A stretch of 64,000 nt of DNA from positions 1,054,001 to 1,118,000 of the forward strand of contig JAQGDQ010000006.1 in the NCBI GenBank assembly GCA_030141605.1, given 5' to 3'. Every line of letters begins with the position of its first letter. The first letter of the stretch is position 1. The position numbers and the translations under genes are program-made. This DNA comes from Tubiluchus corallicola. Lineage: Eukaryota > Animalia > Priapulida. The notes under the pieces are model-generated. The model did not search any database, was not told where the DNA came from, and saw only the letters and a list, made by a program, of their open reading frames with translations. Positions 42,166 through 55,648 of the stretch are shown here, in pieces.

Positions 42166-43528
42166 AAATGCGTGCCTCTGTACTGCATAATAGCTTTCAA
42201 CCTACTTCTACAGTATATTCATTAATGAATACGCTGTCAGCTATAATTTTTACACCGATGCTAGATTCTTTTGTGTATGTAGGAGCCAGAAAACATTGTA
42301 AATCTAAATCCTGCGAGTCGTGCCACAAGCGGCAATGAAATGATGTCAGTTGCTACTTTTCCCGGAAAATTTTTCTCCTCCATGGACAGCATAGAAACGC
42401 TTTCTGGGAAGAATCTTCACAACAGTAGTAACTGTTAAGCAGACTGGTAACAGGTTCTAAGAATAAAGATAAAGGTAACTTGTGGGACATGCTGATGGTA
42501 CAGACTCAGACACTTAAGACTGCTTAAATCCATCTGCTGCAAGTGCCAAGTCTCCCATACGATTATCTGATGCAAGCTCAACTATCGTTACAATTATAGA
42601 AAACGACTACTAAACATGAGAAATTAGTATTTTTACTGGGCAGGCAGCTACATTCGCAACGTTCAATTTAGTTAACGGCAGGATAATTGTCAACAATAAA
42701 AAATGTAATATTAATGTTTAAAAATTATCAGACGCTCAAGAAGTGGGATCCTCGATTGAAGTCAATAAGCTAAACGTGCAGGTTAAACCGTCAACGATGA
42801 TTATTAAATTCCCGCAGATTACAATCTGCGATAAATTGCGTTCTCGGCCGAAAAATGAGCGATAGCATTAAGACTGGGTACTACCCGGCTGTCGAATTTA
42901 ACTTACAATATCATCCAAGGAAAGCTTTTACACCCAAGGAAAGCTTTTACACTACTACTAAACTATTTTTCGGCCGTTCGAAAACAGGGCAGATCAAGTC
43001 GTGTCAATGACAAATAGCATTAAATGGATGCACAAAAAACAACCTTTTTAATACTAAGCTAAATACCTTACTCTAAAGCATAGCAAGTTACAAAAAATGT
43101 TTCAGGTTGTTTACACTAACAGGACAATATTTGAACACAGATTTTTATCAGCTATCGCAATACACTGTAGCCAATGCATCCCACAAAAACTAGTGCAAAG
43201 TAGGGCGAGTTAAACTTGAAAAGTGCAAACTAGAGTTTTAAGGTCAGTTGCACCTAGATAGCAGCACAAAGTCATTACACCTACGACGAATCAGTATCAC
43301 TTTCACAGCGAGAGATAGTAACAGCAGCTACAACCTGGTACTACTGTAAATTAAATGCACAACTAGTACAGTAAGTAGAGCGCGATATACAGTAGGCAAA
43401 ACATTCGCATCTACAGCACACACAATAGAATCTAGTATCGGTGTAATAATTATAGCTGACAGCGTATTCATTCATGAACATACTGTAGAAGTAGGTTGAA
43501 AGCTATTCAGCAATAGAGGCACGCATTT
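42166..43528. repeat. Inverted repeat pair, ~115-bp arms (42166-42282 and 43411-43528), ~1.1 kb apart
   Basis: aaatgcgtgcctct..aatagctttcaacctacttctacagtat..atgaatacgctgtcagctataatt..tacaccgat.ctagattct matches the reverse complement of 43411-43528 with few mismatches. Confidence 0.9.
42915..42952. repeat. 19-bp tandem duplication
   Basis: ccaaggaaagcttttacac x2. Confidence 0.9.
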
Positions 43529-44525
43529 TATAATAGACATTTATAGACTAGTAGCTGTTTCAGTTAATCTGATAACCAGGGTTTTTAAAATCAGTAAAGA
43601 CTATACTCGCTGGTTAACACCGCATTTAAAATAATTCCTCTGTAAACTTATCTTAAGCATGTTCAAAACTGACAGACATAAGTTACAGACCTATGAGAAG
43701 CAAGAATAAGCAACTTGATTATTATCCTAGTATCTCTGGAGGTAAATCAACCCTACTGACTGATTTGCCCGAAAAACTATTTTGAACACGCAACAAGTCA
43801 AGCCAAGAAAATGCTTATACAATTACAGGAAGCAGTTTAAAGTATCCAGAAATATTTTTAGTCCCTTATAAAAACATCAACTATTAGTCATTCTTCTGAA
43901 TATTTCCCTGACAATTAAATTTTGCACACCTGCGAGTTTAAATTAGAATATCCTATATTTGAACTGCAAAACTACAAGTACGTGTATATCAAATAATAAA
44001 TGTTAGCATTTAAACAAGTTGACACACCTTAAGCTACGAAATTTTGTTTATACTGCTTAAGCACAACTTTAACATGAAAGAAAAATGTAAACTTTAAAAA
44101 CACCGAAAAAGTCACACTGGGTGGACAGAAAGATGTGGATCAGGATTTAAGAAAACTGAACTTTGGAACTAGGTGCACTCGTATTTTAGATAATTAGATG
44201 AATTTTTTATTACCTTTAGAATACATGCACTTGACAAACAATTGGACATAAAACATACACTGCGACAAGCAATGTGGCAGCATACCAGTCAGTCACTTTG
44301 GGGATGTCAAGACTGTTAAGCAATCTTTTAGCTTTGTTTATAACATCATAAATACTGTAGAAATGCGCAAACAAAAATTATTACAACACGATTATCGACA
44401 AACTGTTATCATTGACGACTTTTTAATTTTTAAAATAAAAATTGCATCTAGTGTAACAAGTTTAATGAGGTTTGTTTTAATTCAGTGGACGCTTCTTTCG
44501 GTATTTCTGAAAAATTTTGATTAAC

Positions 44526-44565
44526 TACTCATGAGTTATTATACTCATGAGTTATTATACTCATG
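44526..44565. repeat. 16-bp tandem repeat, ~2.5 copies
   Basis: tactcatgagttatta units. Confidence 0.85.
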
Positions 44566-47240
44566 TTATATGCAACTGAATACGTAACAACGTCAACTTT
44601 ATCATTATTTAACAAAACTGTTATTCTACATTAACGATGCTACATAATAAGATATACTGGCATATAGTACGGCAATTTACAAAGCTTAGATCTTTAAATA
44701 CAGTACATATATCGCTTCATATAGCAAGTCTATTAGCATACAGAATTATGATAATGAACAATACGTAAACAAACACAGTAATTGCACATTTATAAAACAG
44801 TTAAGCTTACAAATAAACTTACGCAAAGTGATTAGCATTTGTAGGCCGACTTGTCGTGAGCAGACCTAAAAGTTAGTAACCTTCTCTCTGTAAAAATGCG
44901 AAGTCAATGGCCTTTTATGTGTCAAGGGCCAATTGCCGCATATCAGTTCATAGACTTTGCACCTTTCTTCAATATGACAAAGTTTAAATCAATAGCGTAT
45001 ATTGCTTCGATATTGGCAAACACAAAATCACACGAACTCACTCAACCCGCATAGAAGAAATATGATGCTGATGGTACTGCACTACAGAAAAACTGTGTTG
45101 GCAGCAGCTACTAGGCAAGTAAGCAAGTAGGTAAAGATTAGCATTCACACTGGGAGCGGAGAGGTCACGCATGGATGATGCACAGACTACTAGTAACCAA
45201 TAGGCATTTACTTATTTTTACAACTTGCTGGAACAGGCACAAAATGCTAATTAAAGAGCGACCTTATCTCTTGATTCTCCTGTACAGATGGCATATGGTA
45301 ATGACTTTGCTAAGTCCAATCCTTTCGTTCACACTAAAAGCAATGACACAAGAGGCTTACTCTCCCATATGGAGGGTTCAGTGCTGAGATACGAAAAATA
45401 AAAATGGCTAGGCTTGCAGTTCATACCTAAACCACATTAGAATGCTGTGCTTGCTTCTATAAATACCAGAAGTGAGATAAAAATACCATAGTAAGAATTT
45501 TATTGCCGTAGATTGGCTTTACAAGCAAAAAATTGCTTGCCAGTTTTCATTTACCGACATGCTCTGCATTCATCCGATAACCTGTGCTGTTCAACATTTA
45601 TGAACAAATTTTGTCCCCCGCCTCTGATTTTCATTACGATAAAAAAGCTAACTGCCTGGTGCACTTGTGTTCACTATACAGCTAAGTTTATGTAGGCTAA
45701 CGTATGCAACAACCTTTGAAATTTTAAATGTCAACAAACATGAGCACGGTTCTTTCATATATATTACTACTGTCGCTGTTATCAACAACATTTAATTCAC
45801 ACCATCATCCTCGAAACATTATTATCATCATTACTAGCCATCGTCGTCGTCGGCAAGAACGTGGATGGAAAGGAATTCTGAAATCTAAAATGAAATAATA
45901 AAATCCTACTTGCTTGAGCAACTACTACTATTTGTGATAAAGATGGAACCCAATAAGACACGCGCATATTGTTTTTCCTACTGAAAACCCCACTGCAGCC
46001 TAAAAAGCTATTAAGGCGTTGTTCCATCGAGGTCTACCAATAATAACTAGACAGCTAGTATGCTGCTGTTTCTAAAAAAATAAGTCCCAAATATGACGAT
46101 GTAATCTTGCTTTACTCAAGGAACAGCAATGTACTTAGTAGAATATAATGTAGTTATCCGTTAACATAAGACTGAAATTTGAAGAAGTTTATCACAAATA
46201 GCATTTTTTCAGAACGCAACTGTAAATTACGAAATCATCACTCTGCAAACCACCACCACATATTGGAAATGCTCCTTTCTTGACCAATATAGCCCAATTA
46301 GAGCTTCATTCCCTAGAAAAAATAATAATACATGTCGTGAAGTAGGGTCTTAAACATGACAAACTAGCGGAAAGAATGTCCTCTGTTCGAAGGCAAACTG
46401 GAGACGTTGAGAAAAATGAGCTAAAAGAAAGATCCTGCACTGGGTGAGTGGTGCCACGCATTAAAAGAACGGAAGAAGCTAAGTGTTTCTAATGACAAAA
46501 CAGAAGAACACTTTTTGCAATCTCTACACAAATCGAGATAAACGCTATATTACACTAAATGGTGCAATAAAAAAGAAAAATTCTTAGTGAAACATTTTCA
46601 AGGCAAGAGCACATGATTAAAGTTATTACCGGAACAAACACTATACATAATTATAGGCTTGTAACACAACGTTCATTCAAGAGGTATCTTGCAAGCATCA
46701 AGCCATCCTGTGTACAGAGCGACACCTGTTACCTGCTCAAATCACTACTTAAACAAAATGTACCTCAGCATCATTTCCTAAACACAATACATCATACCTT
46801 TATCCATCTTCTGATCTCTGACATCCTAACATTTAAGTTGCACAGTGAGCCATATGTTAAGCAAATGAATACCAATTCATGAATGACAAAAACGGGAGAT
46901 AAAGCTGAACTACTCAGAATGGGACGTATTTTTATAGCAATATAATTTTGCTAATTACAGGAAAGGAATTTACAGAAAATAAACACTCAACTTATAAAAG
47001 CCATTAACCAGTTTTAAATACATAAAAATTAAAGAGCTAAAAAATGAACTACTGGAAGAGAACACGTCTATAAACTATTGCTACAATGACGAGATTACTA
47101 GAACATTCGTGTAGGGACTGAATGCTCATTATAAGAATAGACCAACAATAAACTGCAAAGTGATTCGAAAAAACGTAAACCGCACTCACCACAATTTAAA
47201 CCACGCACTCATAAATAACAAGGGGCTATTATAGACTTAC

Positions 47241-47475
47241 TGTAGATACCTGAGTGAACCGGGTAGGCAGCTGTCAACTTTGAAAACATTTCGCGAGCAG
47301 AATTTGGAAAATTGGCCTGTACTCAACACACAGTGGATTTTGGGGTTAATGTATAACCTTGACAGGACCGGTTTGCGCACCGGACGATTGAGGACACAGC
47401 GTAGAGCAAACGAGAGAAAAATAGCATCAAGTTGCTCATCACAAAACGTCGTACAATTCGTGCGCATGCGTAGTT
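47241..47475 (-). promoter_or_regulatory. Candidate promoter and non-coding first exon of EcR/NR1H
   Basis: Consensus donor ACA|gtaagt at 47240-47235; CpG-rich stretch ending at an NRF1-like TGCGCATGCG (47461-47470). The EcR exon at 39624 has an acceptor and so needs an upstream exon. Confidence 0.4.
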
Positions 47476-50472
47476 AAGCTAGAATTGTTACACATATTCA
47501 GGTATAGTTAACACTTGAATAATTTATATTCTAGTTTAATCTAGTTCTTGAATAATACTTGTTTATAAAACCTCAGCAATTTATGACAATTTATCTGACG
47601 CTTATCTGATACACAAAAAAAAAATACAACGGATACTGCAAGAAACTACGACAAATTGCTGATAAGTCCCCAAAAATCCAATAAAACGTTAATCATATAA
47701 TAAATCGCTCTGAAATACGACATTGTTGACAAAAATGAAATTGTTGCTTTTTAGCACAGAACAAGCCGCTGGGCTTCGTATCGGCCAGCTCATCTGTATA
47801 ACTACAGGCAGGGCCTCAGCCAAAACGGCTCGGTTCGGCTTTGGGCTCTACAGTAATAACTAATAAAAGCACCGTATTACCTAATTTTTATAAAAGATCT
47901 GTTTATGTACAGTGTAGTACAGATAATATATATACATGTACTATATAATGATAGTGGTACAGTGTATAATACATAATACTAAACACAGTTCAAACCAATT
48001 AAATCCTCTTGTTGTACGAGCTTAAAAATGAACACACCAAAAATTTAATGAAACTACAAATTATGGAAAGGAAATGCAGTTTTTGGTCCTGTTAAGTCTT
48101 ATTTTTGTAAATTGAATTCTTTAAAAAAACAAAAGGCGCCTACCCTCACTAAATAGTACCCTCACTCTCAGTATAACCGTTGATTCTTCTAAGGTTTGCA
48201 TCCTCGCATATAGATCCTATGTAAACATTCTTATCTTCGTTTCAGCAGAAGGAAAAACTACAAAAGGCTTGTGTGTCTCGCACAATGACACCGCTGCGAG
48301 TTTTGACAAACCAATCTTCGGAAAAAATCCCCAAACTATCAGACTATTTGCAGTTAAAAGTATACGACCATTATCCCTCACGAACATATATTGCTAGCAT
48401 ACATGTCCAGTTATTGTCCATTGTCCACAATAGATATTCTCATTATGGTATACTCTATGCAGATCTTAAAATACAGATCACACACGGGAAGAACAAACAA
48501 TGTCAACGGCTCTGTTGGAGCTTTTATGATCCATATGTCGCTTTTTCAGTCTAATTATAAAAAATAACTGATTAATTGTAAATGGAATGATAAGCATAAA
48601 ACTGACTAGCGTATCACCACCATGATGACGGAATAAACAGACAAGTTTAACAGCACGTTGAAAACAATCTAATAGGAAAATACCTGAAAAAAATTGTCCT
48701 GACTCAAATCTGCCGCCTTAATTCAGATTTTTCCACGTTTCCATTTTTGGTCGTATTTAGTTACTTGCAGGCAGAGCTACGCAAAAGCTTTACAACCAAA
48801 ATTTTGCCTCACACCACTTAAAATGGTAAAACAAAAAAAATTGCGCACGTCCAGTTAATTAACAGAGTAACACTGACAATGTCTAAGACAGTCAGGGTCA
48901 TCGTTTATTGACTGGACTACAGTCCTCCATTATGGCAAGTTCAAATCTACTAAGAACTGCATTCCTGACTTGATCGATTTTTGGGCACATATTCGCATCA
49001 ATACTATAGCTGACCACACAATGTCGACTATTATGGCTGACGAGCCTTCCTGCCTTCCCACACAAATTCGAGGGTTATCATACCTGTCGTTTCTTTCCGT
49101 TCTTTTTTAATATTACATTGTCGCCAGCATCACTCAAGCCCTACCGGATTATTTGAAACAGTGATATTTACACAACAAAACTGTGATTGTGAATATAGTT
49201 TACTTTAGGAGCGTCAGCATGAATCTAAGGCAAGGGAGTGAAATGTAATTTACAAAAAAAGAACATTGTTAAAGCAAAACCGGACCCAATCTTAACTTGT
49301 AGGTCAAAAGAATCAACTCTTTAAAATATTGAAAGGAAGCATACTATTTTTCAAAATTGACTTACGTGAAAGAATTATTACCACACAAAAACAATTTCAT
49401 GTTCACGTCACTAATTCTTTGCTGTTACATGCATTTCGCCATTCGCTAGTTAGACGGGCACTAGCGCATGCATTTCGGAAACGCATTGCACGAAAAACAG
49501 ATGCTGTACCTCTCAGTTCAGATGTGTTAGTTTGGGACAAACTACGTGCGTGAGCACAGCTGTAAATTTTAAATTTTATTTTTATCTTAAAACTTGCCTA
49601 GTTTTAGTACAACACACTGACTCTCTTACAGTAGCACTGTACTTCAATTTTCGCCTTCTCAAACACGTGCAACACGCGTGTGGAATGTTTTTGCTATTAA
49701 GAATTATGTTAGTTTGTGATTTCATCAATAGTTGGGCTCGCCCGCCGTTAAGTTGCCAAGCTATTATTTAATTATCAGAAACCTTTTGCAGTATTAGTTG
49801 TGTTAAAATGTATACTTTTATCGGACTCGAAAATGGGGTTGTATATGAAAAATTCATCCTGTCTTCCTTTAAAAACTGAAGTTAAAACAATCGGCTTTAT
49901 CAATTTCGTCAACACGTATAAGAGACTTAGTGAAAGTGATGCAATCTCGTAGAGTTTGATCTGTCTCCCCCTCCACTCCGCCAATTTCAAAAAATGCGCA
50001 TAAAAATTTAATGCATGTCTGCATTGAAAACACACCATTTACGTAAATGGCAACTAAGGCGCTACGAAGAGCCTTGCTGGCCGCTTCAAAACATCATATA
50101 CAGTCATACACCGACTGATGACCGCATTCGGTTCCGACTTGCCCAATTACCCCCCCCCCAGTTGTACGTTTCGTTTATCAATAAATCCCTACACTCACCC
50201 AAGCACACGAGAAGTTTTTAGGTTGATTTTAAGTTCTGAAGTCGTAAAACTAATTTGCGTTGAAATTCTGAACGCTTATTCAACTAATGAAAATTTAGCT
50301 CACATAATATTGAACCGCGTGTAAGGAACAACAAATTATGTTTCATATTGCACTTTTTATGTAGACGTATATAAAGACAAGTCAAGTATTACGTGTAAAT
50401 TTCTATAGCTATTGTAAAAAGAAAGAAAGCACAAAAAGAAATTAATCAAACTTACTAAAATACAGTGAGGTT

Positions 50473-51264
50473 ATGTCAGGTGGCGCAGAAAGTGTGTCAA
50501 AGTTTCGATAGTATGAGAATATAACGGAATCGCTCGAAAATTGCCATACTGATGTTAAGACTTGATCTTGTATAAACACCAAAAGTTTTTGAATCAATTT
50601 CTTAGACATTTCCAAAAAATAAAGAAGTTTTAAAACAAAAAGTCAAAAAACACATGCCAGAAAATTTTGTGCGACTGTTGTTAAAATTAACAGCAATTGC
50701 TCCTAATTGTCCATCCTTTCGAATGCAAACTAGACGAAGAAGTTTCTTCCAACAGCTGATATAGTTTCTCACTTCTTTAAGGTATATTTGGTCCCAGCAC
50801 TCAAAAATTTAACACCCTTTAGTTACACTGCATCAAATGGCTTTAAGCAGCCGTCCTATATTTTTTACTTCAAGGGAATTTCAGGTAGTGAAGTCCAGAT
50901 GATCCATTTTTATTGATAAAAATTTTTATGGTGAAGACCATGATGTGAAAAGGTTGATTTGATTTCTTTTTTTGCTGGTATAATTTTACTGAATGCTTTA
51001 TACTTCAACGCAGCTGTTTTTGAATTGACGATCAGCTGACATTGTTCACGTATTTAAATGTTTAATATGCAAAATGTTTTCGGCCATATCTTAAAAACTG
51101 TTTAAACTATAAACGTGTAACTTTCACAGCTAGAAGTTAGTGCACTGTAATAGCACGCCGTGTAATTTCAACTTTGCAGGGCACTTGCTCCTAATATTAT
51201 TGTAGTTTGCTGAAGACGCTGGTATTTCAAAACTGCAATGTTCTCTTTTTATGTACCCCGTATA
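50473..51264. mobile_element. MITE family copy 1 (Tc1/mariner-like), diverged
   Basis: Colinear similarity to 55649-56984: atgtcaggtggcgca..tgtataaacaccaaaa..gaagttttaaaacaa..tgcaaactagacgaa..ccaacagctga..agctgacattgttc..actgtaatagca. Right boundary uncertain. Confidence 0.7.
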
Positions 51265-54200
51265 TTGTGACTGCACGTTCTGTGCGACTGTACAACAGCT
51301 TCCTCATCATACGCGAGAATGTTTGCTTCACAAATAAATACTATTAACGTTTTCATACTTAATATAACTTTCCCAAGTAGATTATGAAAACAAATATTAA
51401 AAATATGCACCAGCGTAAAATCCCAGAGCTTGACAGAAAACAAAATGACAACTACTTACTGACTGATAAAGCTAGATAACGAATATTTAACATGCAAAGT
51501 TCAACAGCCTATTAAAAAATTCCAGCAAAGCAAGGAAGAAATTTCATTTCCAGAATCAATCTTGTCGGGAAACACGAGCAATAACTTTGGGAATATTAAC
51601 AAAATTGTTTTCTATCAATATGTTGGCTTAGCTTGACAAATTAGGTAGAATTTTACCATTTGTCAAGAAAATTTAACTCTATTCCTTTTCCACTACGAAA
51701 AGCAGAGCAAATTCTACAGGCAGTTCTAATCAAGCCCAGAAAATTGATTACAGACAAGGTAAACAGGTTTGGGCAAAAAATTCACTCCGAATTCACAAAA
51801 AGTCAAAAGCAGACTTACTTTTATAAAAAACAATTATTTTACTTATTTAGAGTGCATTTTGGTGAACAATTACTGTTGATGCTTTTAGTCTGTTAAGACA
51901 TAAAGAGGCTTCTGTGGAAAACAACATATATGCAGAACAAGTCACATCCAAAATTTTCAAATAACCTAAATTAAATGTTAGAATTATTTTAGAAAGAGAT
52001 ATGCTAAGATATTTATGCTAAAAATTCAACTTTCCTGGAGTCAGCAATCATTGCTGATGACAGTTACACAAGGGTTTCAGGCAAAGCGTCATGTGGCACC
52101 ATCTATCGTAAAACAAATAAAGTCAAAACACCACACTCGAGCTTCAGAAATCTGAAACAGATTCACTTCGTTTTCCAATCATACGATACGATTATAATTA
52201 ATATTTTAAAAATGCGCTTACCACAAATTTCAGTTGTATTACCCTTTTAGACTTTTCTCATATGCGAGCGTTTTTCTCTAACCAGTATTTAATAACCTGC
52301 AAGTTAAACACGTACATTAATTAATTATCAATAAATTGCAATTATACATTCCCTAACTTAAAACATATAGAAAAATAGATTAAAAAGGCAACACGTCACT
52401 CATTAGCCCGTTTATCGTTATTAAACAAAAGCAGGCAGTTATCGTCGCCGTACGGCAAAATGGCTTAGCTTACTTCACTTTAAATCACTGAAGAAATGTG
52501 CGTAATGTAATATTTGCAAAGGAAAGCAGCAAAAGAATTACTGCAAAAGTAACCCAAAGGCATGTGAATAATACAGAGTGGCAAATTAGTATATAGTATT
52601 AGTACAATAATTATTATTTGACAGGAATGAATCCCAAGACTTCAAGGCACGAAGCAGTCAACGTTGGGGTATCTTGTCTCTCTGAGGTACGCGCTTGACT
52701 CATTCGTTTTAGAATTCTGGCTGCAGCTTTCAGTGGTGTCCAAGCAGTTTGCTCGAGGTGACATAAAATCGAAGGTCATAATAGAGATGAAGTTGTGAAA
52801 CGTTCAAGTTCAAAACCTTTGGTCACTGCAGACAATTCTAAACTTTTCCAAAATGGATTGAAGTTTTTGAATTTTGATAAATGGCTTGTGTACGACAGGC
52901 GTATGTAAGCAGCTTGTCTCCTTATGTCTCTCCCCACATTCATGTCTTTGTTGCATTATAGTTTATTTTTTATTATATATTTTAATGAATGTGAAATAAA
53001 ATAAAATAATAAAATAAAAAAATAAAAACCTCCAGTTCACCAGAACCACTTAACAGACTGCCTCCAAGAAAACCACCGCGTTAAATTGTTGTATTACGAA
53101 TCAATATGTAGAAAACGGAACAATTTTGAAGTCTTCAGGAATTTTTCAATAAGTGACAACTCAGCTGGACGAGAAACCTATATGACACGTATACAGGGTA
53201 CGTTTGCAGTGAGAATAAATTGAAGAAAGTAAATGAGGTAAATGATATAAGCTACTGAAAGCTAGAGTCCAAAGCTTAAAAACCAAACGCTAGCTTAGCC
53301 CAGTAAATGTCAAATATACCAACAAGAAGCAGTACATTTCGAAGAATATCAAATAAGCAATAGACAGAAGTCGAAAGTGGACAAAACACAACAGTCAAAA
53401 TATAGAGAGACAAAAATGTCAGTAGACAAAACATGTTCGAGCAAAGGATTAAAATTAAAAATTAAAAAAAAAACTTTAGCCAAGTCGATTGCGCTGAACA
53501 AGTCAACTGTAGCAGCACTTTCAACAACAGAGAGGCAAAATTTGAGAGAATATAAACACGTACACGTGAAGTTGTTTTTATCACAAAAGCACTTTCTTTA
53601 CTAATACAATTCTTAAAATACTGTTATATATTACAAAGTTTTATATTATAATAAATGAACGCGCCTCTTGTTTGTGCATATCAACAATGATAAACCAAAT
53701 TACAATTGCAGCAACGGCATGAAGCCATTACGTAATTGTCTTACATTGAGACTCGGCCCATTAATGCGACCCATTAAATTCCGTTATTGGCGAAACCGTT
53801 ATTGAAACCGTGGCCCAGTTTGAGAAACAATTTTATTCTTCTTGACCCATTTTCTACAAAACCCGCTCTCATCTGGGCACGCATGATTTGCAAAAAATGC
53901 TTGCTGATGTTAATTGATCTGAAACCATGAGCTGTGTATAAGATTTAGACGCTTCTGGTGAAAGTAGGTTGTAAATACAGTAAACACGGGAAGCTGAAAC
54001 TGGGTCTAGTAAAATGCAAGCTAACGTATCAGTGTGTACAAAAAGGAATCTGTGTCAAAATGTGCGGTTTATGACTGCATGCGAGCTGTTACGTAATCAG
54101 TGAAATCACTGAAATGCATTTACCCCATTTAACTTGGCGCAACCTCTCGCGCTCAACATTGAATGGGAACAGGCAAACAGTTGCATGACCTACAAAACCA

Positions 54201-54479
54201 AGAATATACGAGTAAACTAATCGAATTTGCAGATCAATAACTAAGACTGAAATGTGTATTATCAAAAATCGCAAAATAACAATTAAAGCCTTGTATAGTG
54301 GTTATCAACTGTCCGACGTATCGACGCCTGGAAAAAGCTCACGCCTGGTAAAAAAATGAGCGGACCCGAGTTATTACCAAAAAGGATCATAAAAGACAAG
54401 TTTTTGCTGATCAACTAGCAGAGTGACCTTTTGTGGGACACCCAACCTTGCAATGAGCTGTTATAGGCGAGAAAAAGCG

Positions 54480-55125
54480 CGGATGTTACAACAGCTATTA
54501 CGATTACCCCTACAAAGTGGACAACTATAGAATTATCGGTTCCATTTGTCTGTCCGTCTGTATGTTCACTTCTTCTCGGCCCTGTAGTATGTGCCAACGA
54601 AGTGGGCAATTATTGAACTACCGCTTTCACCTGTCGCCACTTTTTCTCGGCCCTGGGGTAATCTAGGAAGGTGATTTCTCGTACAGAGAGGAAGGGCATC
54701 GTTCAAGCTCGGAGATTAATTTTCGGATCAATCGGTGCAGTTTTGAACTTTTTCAAATTTTTAAGGATTTGCGTATAGCAATTATCCAGCATGATAAAAA
54801 TATACTTGTGCTGTTATAGACCTAAGCGTGCCCCAACTACAAAATTATCAGTTCTGTCTGTTGGTCCGTCTGTCGCCACTTTTCTCGGTCCTGGAATACT
54901 GTTGGAAGTTGATACCTCGGACAGAAGCAAGATATCGCTCAAGCTCGGAGCCAATTGTAGAACTATCGGTATTATGTCTGTCTGTCTGTCTGTCTGTTAC
55001 CACTTTTTCTCGGCACTGGAGTAATCTAGTTAGTTGATATCTCGTACAATGGCATGGTTCAAGCTTGGAGCTCAATTGGACTCAAATGGTGCAGATTTGA
55101 TTTTTTTGCATTTTTTTAAAGATGT
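54480..55125. repeat. Two tandem diverged copies of a ~300-bp interspersed repeat with internal (TGTC)n and ttttctcggc units
   Basis: tgtctgtccgtctgt, cactttttctcggc, caagctcggag and ggtgcag..tttga recur in the same order at ~54480-54770 and ~54820-55120. Confidence 0.7.
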
Positions 55126-55648
55126 GTTTAACAAAGTTCTGTAGCTAATATGCCATAGCTAGTGATTTACGATTTATTAGCAAGGCATCAGATAACAACA
55201 ACCATTAATATGTTCTATGCAGAAAACACATTTTGGGGTAGTTTCCATGTTTGTTTAATTTAAATCCGCAGGATACGCAGCATCCTGTGGTTTTTCAAAG
55301 ACTTTGAGTATGTCTGTATCTGAATTTAGATTTTTATTTATAGTTTCAAACCTACGCACATTGTAACTCGGATAAAATTATCGGTTTCCATTAAAATTTT
55401 TCCAATAAAAATTAACTTTCCGTTTCTTCTGTATCGAATTCTAACCACAACTAACCGGATGGTCTATGTGACAGTAGCTGCTTTTTCACAGAAACTTAGT
55501 GCCATTTTAAGTGTCAATACAGAAAATACATCTTTGCGGTAATTGGGACAAGTATGTCTCTTTACTGAGAGCTCTCTAATTGGTTTAATGAATTACAAAA
55601 CAAAAACATTGAAATGTGAAACAAAAATCTTTCAAAATAGAAACATCA

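Noticed and set aside
44526-44565. CRISPR-like or spaced repeat arrays anywhere in the window
   Set aside because: Repeats are contiguous tandem copies without unique spacers, and the DNA is eukaryotic.
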